Below are positions 60,919 through 64,000 of a stretch of 64,000 nucleotides of DNA, piece after piece. The stretch spans positions 1 to 64,000 of the forward strand of contig JAZDCY010000046.1 of the NCBI GenBank assembly GCA_036679645.1, written 5' to 3'. The notes under the pieces are model-generated. The model was not told the DNA's origin. It made no database searches and saw only the letters and a program-made list of their open reading frames with translations. The position numbers and the translations under genes are program-made. The stretch is from Gemmatimonadota bacterium. GTDB taxonomy: Bacteria; Gemmatimonadota; Gemmatimonadetes; Gemmatimonadales; GWC2-71-9. Within the stretch, counting starts at the first letter, position 1, and each line of letters starts with the position of its first letter.

Positions 60919-63300
60919 TTATGGGACCAGGTTCTGCGGCGAGTACTTGAGGAAGAAGACGCCCTCCTTCATGCTCGAGACCACGATCGTGCCGCTCGCG
61001 AAGAACGGGTAGTTGCTCCATGACCCGTCAAACTCGACTTCCTCGCTCCCCGGCACGGTATCGAGGAACCCGACCTCGCGCGGGTTCTCCGGATCGCTGA
61101 TGTCGAGAATTCGGAGACCGCTCACGTAGTTCGACTGGTACATCAGGTTGCCCTTGATGTACAGATTGTGATCGATCGTGAAGGTCTCGCCGAAGTGCTC
61201 CTTCACCATCAGCGGATCGTCCAGGTCTTCGATGTTCCAGACGAGGGTCCGGGTACCTGCCATGGGCTGTCCCGCCTGCACCGAAGCCGACTCGTCCCCT
61301 TCGTCGTTCATGTAGAAATACCGGTGATCCTCGCTGATCCAACCCTGGTGGGCATACCCGACGCTCGGGTAGCCCGCGGCCGAGATCTGCACCGGGTTAT
61401 CCTTATCGGAGACATCGGCGATCGAGAGGGCCGTCTCGTTCGACCCGAAGCAAATCTCCTTGCCGACATGTTCGCTATCGGGACCGTTGTAGACCGTACA
61501 CATCGCGTCATGCGAGTACCCGGTGCTGGAGTTGCCCGTAGTGGTGTCGGCAAAACATCCCGCGAACGTCGGCCGATTGGGCGTGTGGATATCGATCATG
61601 TGCAACCCACCCCCACAGGTCTCACCGCCGCTGTTCACACCGACTGCGTACGCGAATCCGGCTTGTTCGTTGATCACGATGTTGTGCGCGGACGCGATGC
61701 CGTCGTAATGAGCATCTTCATCGAAGGCGACGGGCGGGTTTTGCACGTTGCGGAGCCGCGTGAGATCGAAGACCTGCATGCCATGACGGCCGGCGCCGTC
61801 CGCCACTATGAACGCGTGATTGTCGTAGACCTTGATGTCACGCCACGCGTTGCCGCGCGAGCCCTGTGTCTTCGGCAGGTTGCCGAGATATACCGGGTTC
61901 AGCGGCTCGGTCACATCGATGAACGCCGTTCCGTCGGTCCGCCCGACAATCGCGTACTCCCGCCCAGACTCTGGATCTGTCCATCCCCACACGTCATTGG
62001 TCTGCGCCCCACGCCCGCCACCAATCGCCTGCACGGGCAAGAACGACAGAACGTTCACCTGACTGCACGAGAATTGGTCCGCCTCGCCGTCTGCGCACGT
62101 GACCTCGCCGCCAACGATGGATGAGAGCGCGCCGGGAGCCGCGCGGAACAACTTGTCCGTCGCGGCCCACTCGTCCCCATCCCGTTCGAGCACGATGGCG
62201 GCACCGAGCCCAAAGTCATCGCCGGTCGCTCCAACGATCGCGACATCGGCGGAAACCGTCACCACGGTTCCGAACGCGTCACCCACGTCGCCGTCCAAGC
62301 CCGCGAGCTCGTCCATGTCACCAAAGGCACTCGTCGCGGCGTCGTACTGAATGCGGTACACCCGTCCAGAGGCGTCGGCGCCCGGCGCACCAACCCACAC
62401 CTCGCCATCGCGGGCCAGCACGCTCCCGCCGAACTGGCTGCCCGGCGCCCGCTCGACTGCGCTCAGCGAAACGTCGTAACGCCACTCATCCCCGGCCCGT
62501 GCGTATATGCGAACCTCCCCGACGCCGCTCTCCCGCCCGGGTGCCCCAACGAGGGCCCGGCCGTCGAGCCAACCCACCGAAAACCCGAACAGGTCTCCCG
62601 GCTGTGACTCGGCGGTGTCCAGCGCAAGTCGGGTCTCGAGCGTCCAATCCCCTGGCGCGTTTCGTCGGATGATGTACGCCGCGCCGCGTTGCTGGAGCGC
62701 CTGGCTGGCCTGAAGCGCGCCTGTCACCAAGCGCTCGCCGTCGTATGCCAGCGACCAGCCAAAGAACTCCTGGGGCTGGACCGAATCGGGTTCGAGCTTC
62801 GCTTCCTGTGTCCAGGTACCACCGGTTCCCCGTCGATAGACCCACACCGCACCACGGCTCTCGTTGTGTCCCAATGAGGAGACGAAGAGGAGATCATCGT
62901 GTAACAGTCCGAAACGCCCGAACGAATCCCCCTGCTCGATGTCGTCCGGTCGCAGCATCTCGGCGAACTCCCAATTGTCCCCATTCCGGCGGTACACCCA
63001 CGCCGCCCCGGTGCTTTGCTCGTAGAGCGTGCTGCCGATTATCAACGTCTGATCGTCCACGGCAATGAAGCGGCCGAAGTAGTCACCGCCCTCGTGTGGC
63101 GGGGCCATCAGGGTCGCGGCCTGCTGCCATCCGTCCCCGGCGCGGCGATAGACATACACCGTGGCAGGCTCGGTCCGGTTGACGGGCTCGCTGATGAAAA
63201 GCTCTCCATTGTGGATCGCCGCGAAGGCGCCGAACTGCTGGGCCTGGACCGGCGCGCTGGCGAGGACGAGCATGCCTACTACGTACCGCAGTTTGCGCAT
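60919..63300 (-). CDS. Exported FG-GAP repeat + choice-of-anchor B-like (LVIVD) protein
   Basis: Signal peptide; D.FG...GA.WVY repeats; NDVWGWTDP..GREYA, WRDIKVY, HGMQVFDL, YAHQGW, IDHNLY, WSNYPFF.SG. Confidence 0.85.
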   Translation of the reverse strand: MRKLRYVVGMLVLASAPVQAQQFGAFAAIHNGELFISEPVNRTEPATVYVYRRAGDGWQQAATLMAPPHEGGDYFGRFIAVDDQTLIIGSTLYEQSTGAAWVYRRNGDNWEFAEMLRPDDIEQGDSFGRFGLLHDDLLFVSSLGHNESRGAVWVYRRGTGGTWTQEAKLEPDSVQPQEFFGWSLAYDGERLVTGALQASQALQQRGAAYIIRRNAPGDWTLETRLALDTAESQPGDLFGFSVGWLDGRALVGAPGRESGVGEVRIYARAGDEWRYDVSLSAVERAPGSQFGGSVLARDGEVWVGAPGADASGRVYRIQYDAATSAFGDMDELAGLDGDVGDAFGTVVTVSADVAIVGATGDDFGLGAAIVLERDGDEWAATDKLFRAAPGALSSIVGGEVTCADGEADQFSCSQVNVLSFLPVQAIGGGRGAQTNDVWGWTDPESGREYAIVGRTDGTAFIDVTEPLNPVYLGNLPKTQGSRGNAWRDIKVYDNHAFIVADGAGRHGMQVFDLTRLRNVQNPPVAFDEDAHYDGIASAHNIVINEQAGFAYAVGVNSGGETCGGGLHMIDIHTPNRPTFAGCFADTTTGNSSTGYSHDAMCTVYNGPDSEHVGKEICFGSNETALSIADVSDKDNPVQISAAGYPSVGYAHQGWISEDHRYFYMNDEGDESASVQAGQPMAGTRTLVWNIEDLDDPLMVKEHFGETFTIDHNLYIKGNLMYQSNYVSGLRILDISDPENPREVGFLDTVPGSEEVEFDGSWSNYPFFASGTIVVSSMKEGVFFLKYSPQNLVP

Positions 63301-63407
63301 CTGACACCTCTGTGTGGGTGAATTATGGGGTCTCTCAGGTACCCGCCGGGCCCTCGACCGATCTAGCGTGCGGGCCGGGGGCCGGGGGCCGGACCCCACC
63401 TAGATCC

Positions 63408-63437
63408 TTAGACGCGTGGGCATCGAAAAACGTTTCA
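63408..63437 (-). promoter_or_regulatory. Candidate ECF-sigma promoter
   Basis: TGAAAC-N17-CGTCTAA about 110 bp upstream of the ATG at 63300. Confidence 0.55.
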
Positions 63438-63455
63438 CGGAGCCGAGAACGTGCG

Positions 63456-64000
63456 TCACCTTGGCCGGCTCAAGAAACCCACCAGGGCCGCAAGAAAGTA
63501 CGGTCGCGGTGATTCGAGAAAGGCGGCGTGATCCCCGCCGGGGACGACGACCCATTCCTTATCTGACGTCCCGAGCTGCATGAACAGCGCTGCCTGCGCT
63601 TCGATTGGTGCCAAGGGATCGAACTCGCCGTGCAACACCAGCGTCGGCACCGTCACGCGAGCGGGTGACAACTCCATCCACTCGTGACCGCGGCTCCAGT
63701 CGACGCGCACCGGGTCCGCCGTCAGGGAAGCGGTGACGTAGGCCTCTATCGCAGCACGGCTGATCGCTCCCTCGACACGGAAGTCGCGTGCCGCCGCCTC
63801 TCGCGTGTTTGGGGTGCGGGCCGGTTGCTCGGGATCGGCAACCGCGGCGATCGTCGTACCTGGGGAGAACGGATAGCCATACAAGACCACGCTCGACACG
63901 AGATCCGGGCGTCGCTGCACCGCGAGCTGGGCGACCATTGAGCCGAGCGACCATCCGAAGAGTACTGGTCGCGTCTGGGTAGATGTTTCGGCGTTGAGCC
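63456..64000 (-). CDS. Alpha/beta hydrolase, C-terminal part (5' end outside the window)
   Basis: Frame is open to the window edge: RPVLFGWSLGSMVA, PTLVLHGEFDP, GGDHAAFLE. Confidence 0.85.
   Translation of the reverse strand, partial: LNAETSTQTRPVLFGWSLGSMVAQLAVQRRPDLVSSVVLYGYPFSPGTTIAAVADPEQPARTPNTREAAARDFRVEGAISRAAIEAYVTASLTADPVRVDWSRGHEWMELSPARVTVPTLVLHGEFDPLAPIEAQAALFMQLGTSDKEWVVVPGGDHAAFLESPRPYFLAALVGFLSRPR

Overview
GC-rich bacterial chromosome segment, densely coding, with no rRNA, tRNA, CRISPR array or recognisable transposase. Gene content and synteny suggest a diderm of the Gemmatimonadota; this is inference only. Bases 1-17.8 kb are a minus-strand envelope and housekeeping run: ispF, DedA, xerD, TrpG/PabA, kdsB-pyrG-kdsA-kdsC-lptC-LptA-like-lptB-rpoN, a five-gene glycosylation block and a truncated dapF. 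Bases 17.8-36 kb hold a Ser/Thr kinase-FGE receptor, two head-to-head paralogous exported TPR proteins, panE, a tricorn-like protease, TauE, an M20 deacylase, and a histidine kinase/sigma54 activator pair. That pair sits before a readable sigma54 promoter and a beta-helix/beta-barrel outer-membrane protein. At 36.1-36.6 kb two ORF-track fragments join through an in-frame TGA into one OsmC-like protein, with a SECIS-like hairpin behind the TGA, so it is probably a selenoprotein; it lies downstream of DUF1326/DUF2182. Further on are a BlaI / M56-HEAT / HEAT operon with two perfect operators, fumC, TetR and DinB genes, a largely exported redox cluster (two cytochromes c, PQQ dehydrogenase, FAH, PAL-like lyase, Tat flavoprotein, SnoaL) and a choice-of-anchor-B-like protein. 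Family names come from motif recognition by eye, not from database searches.
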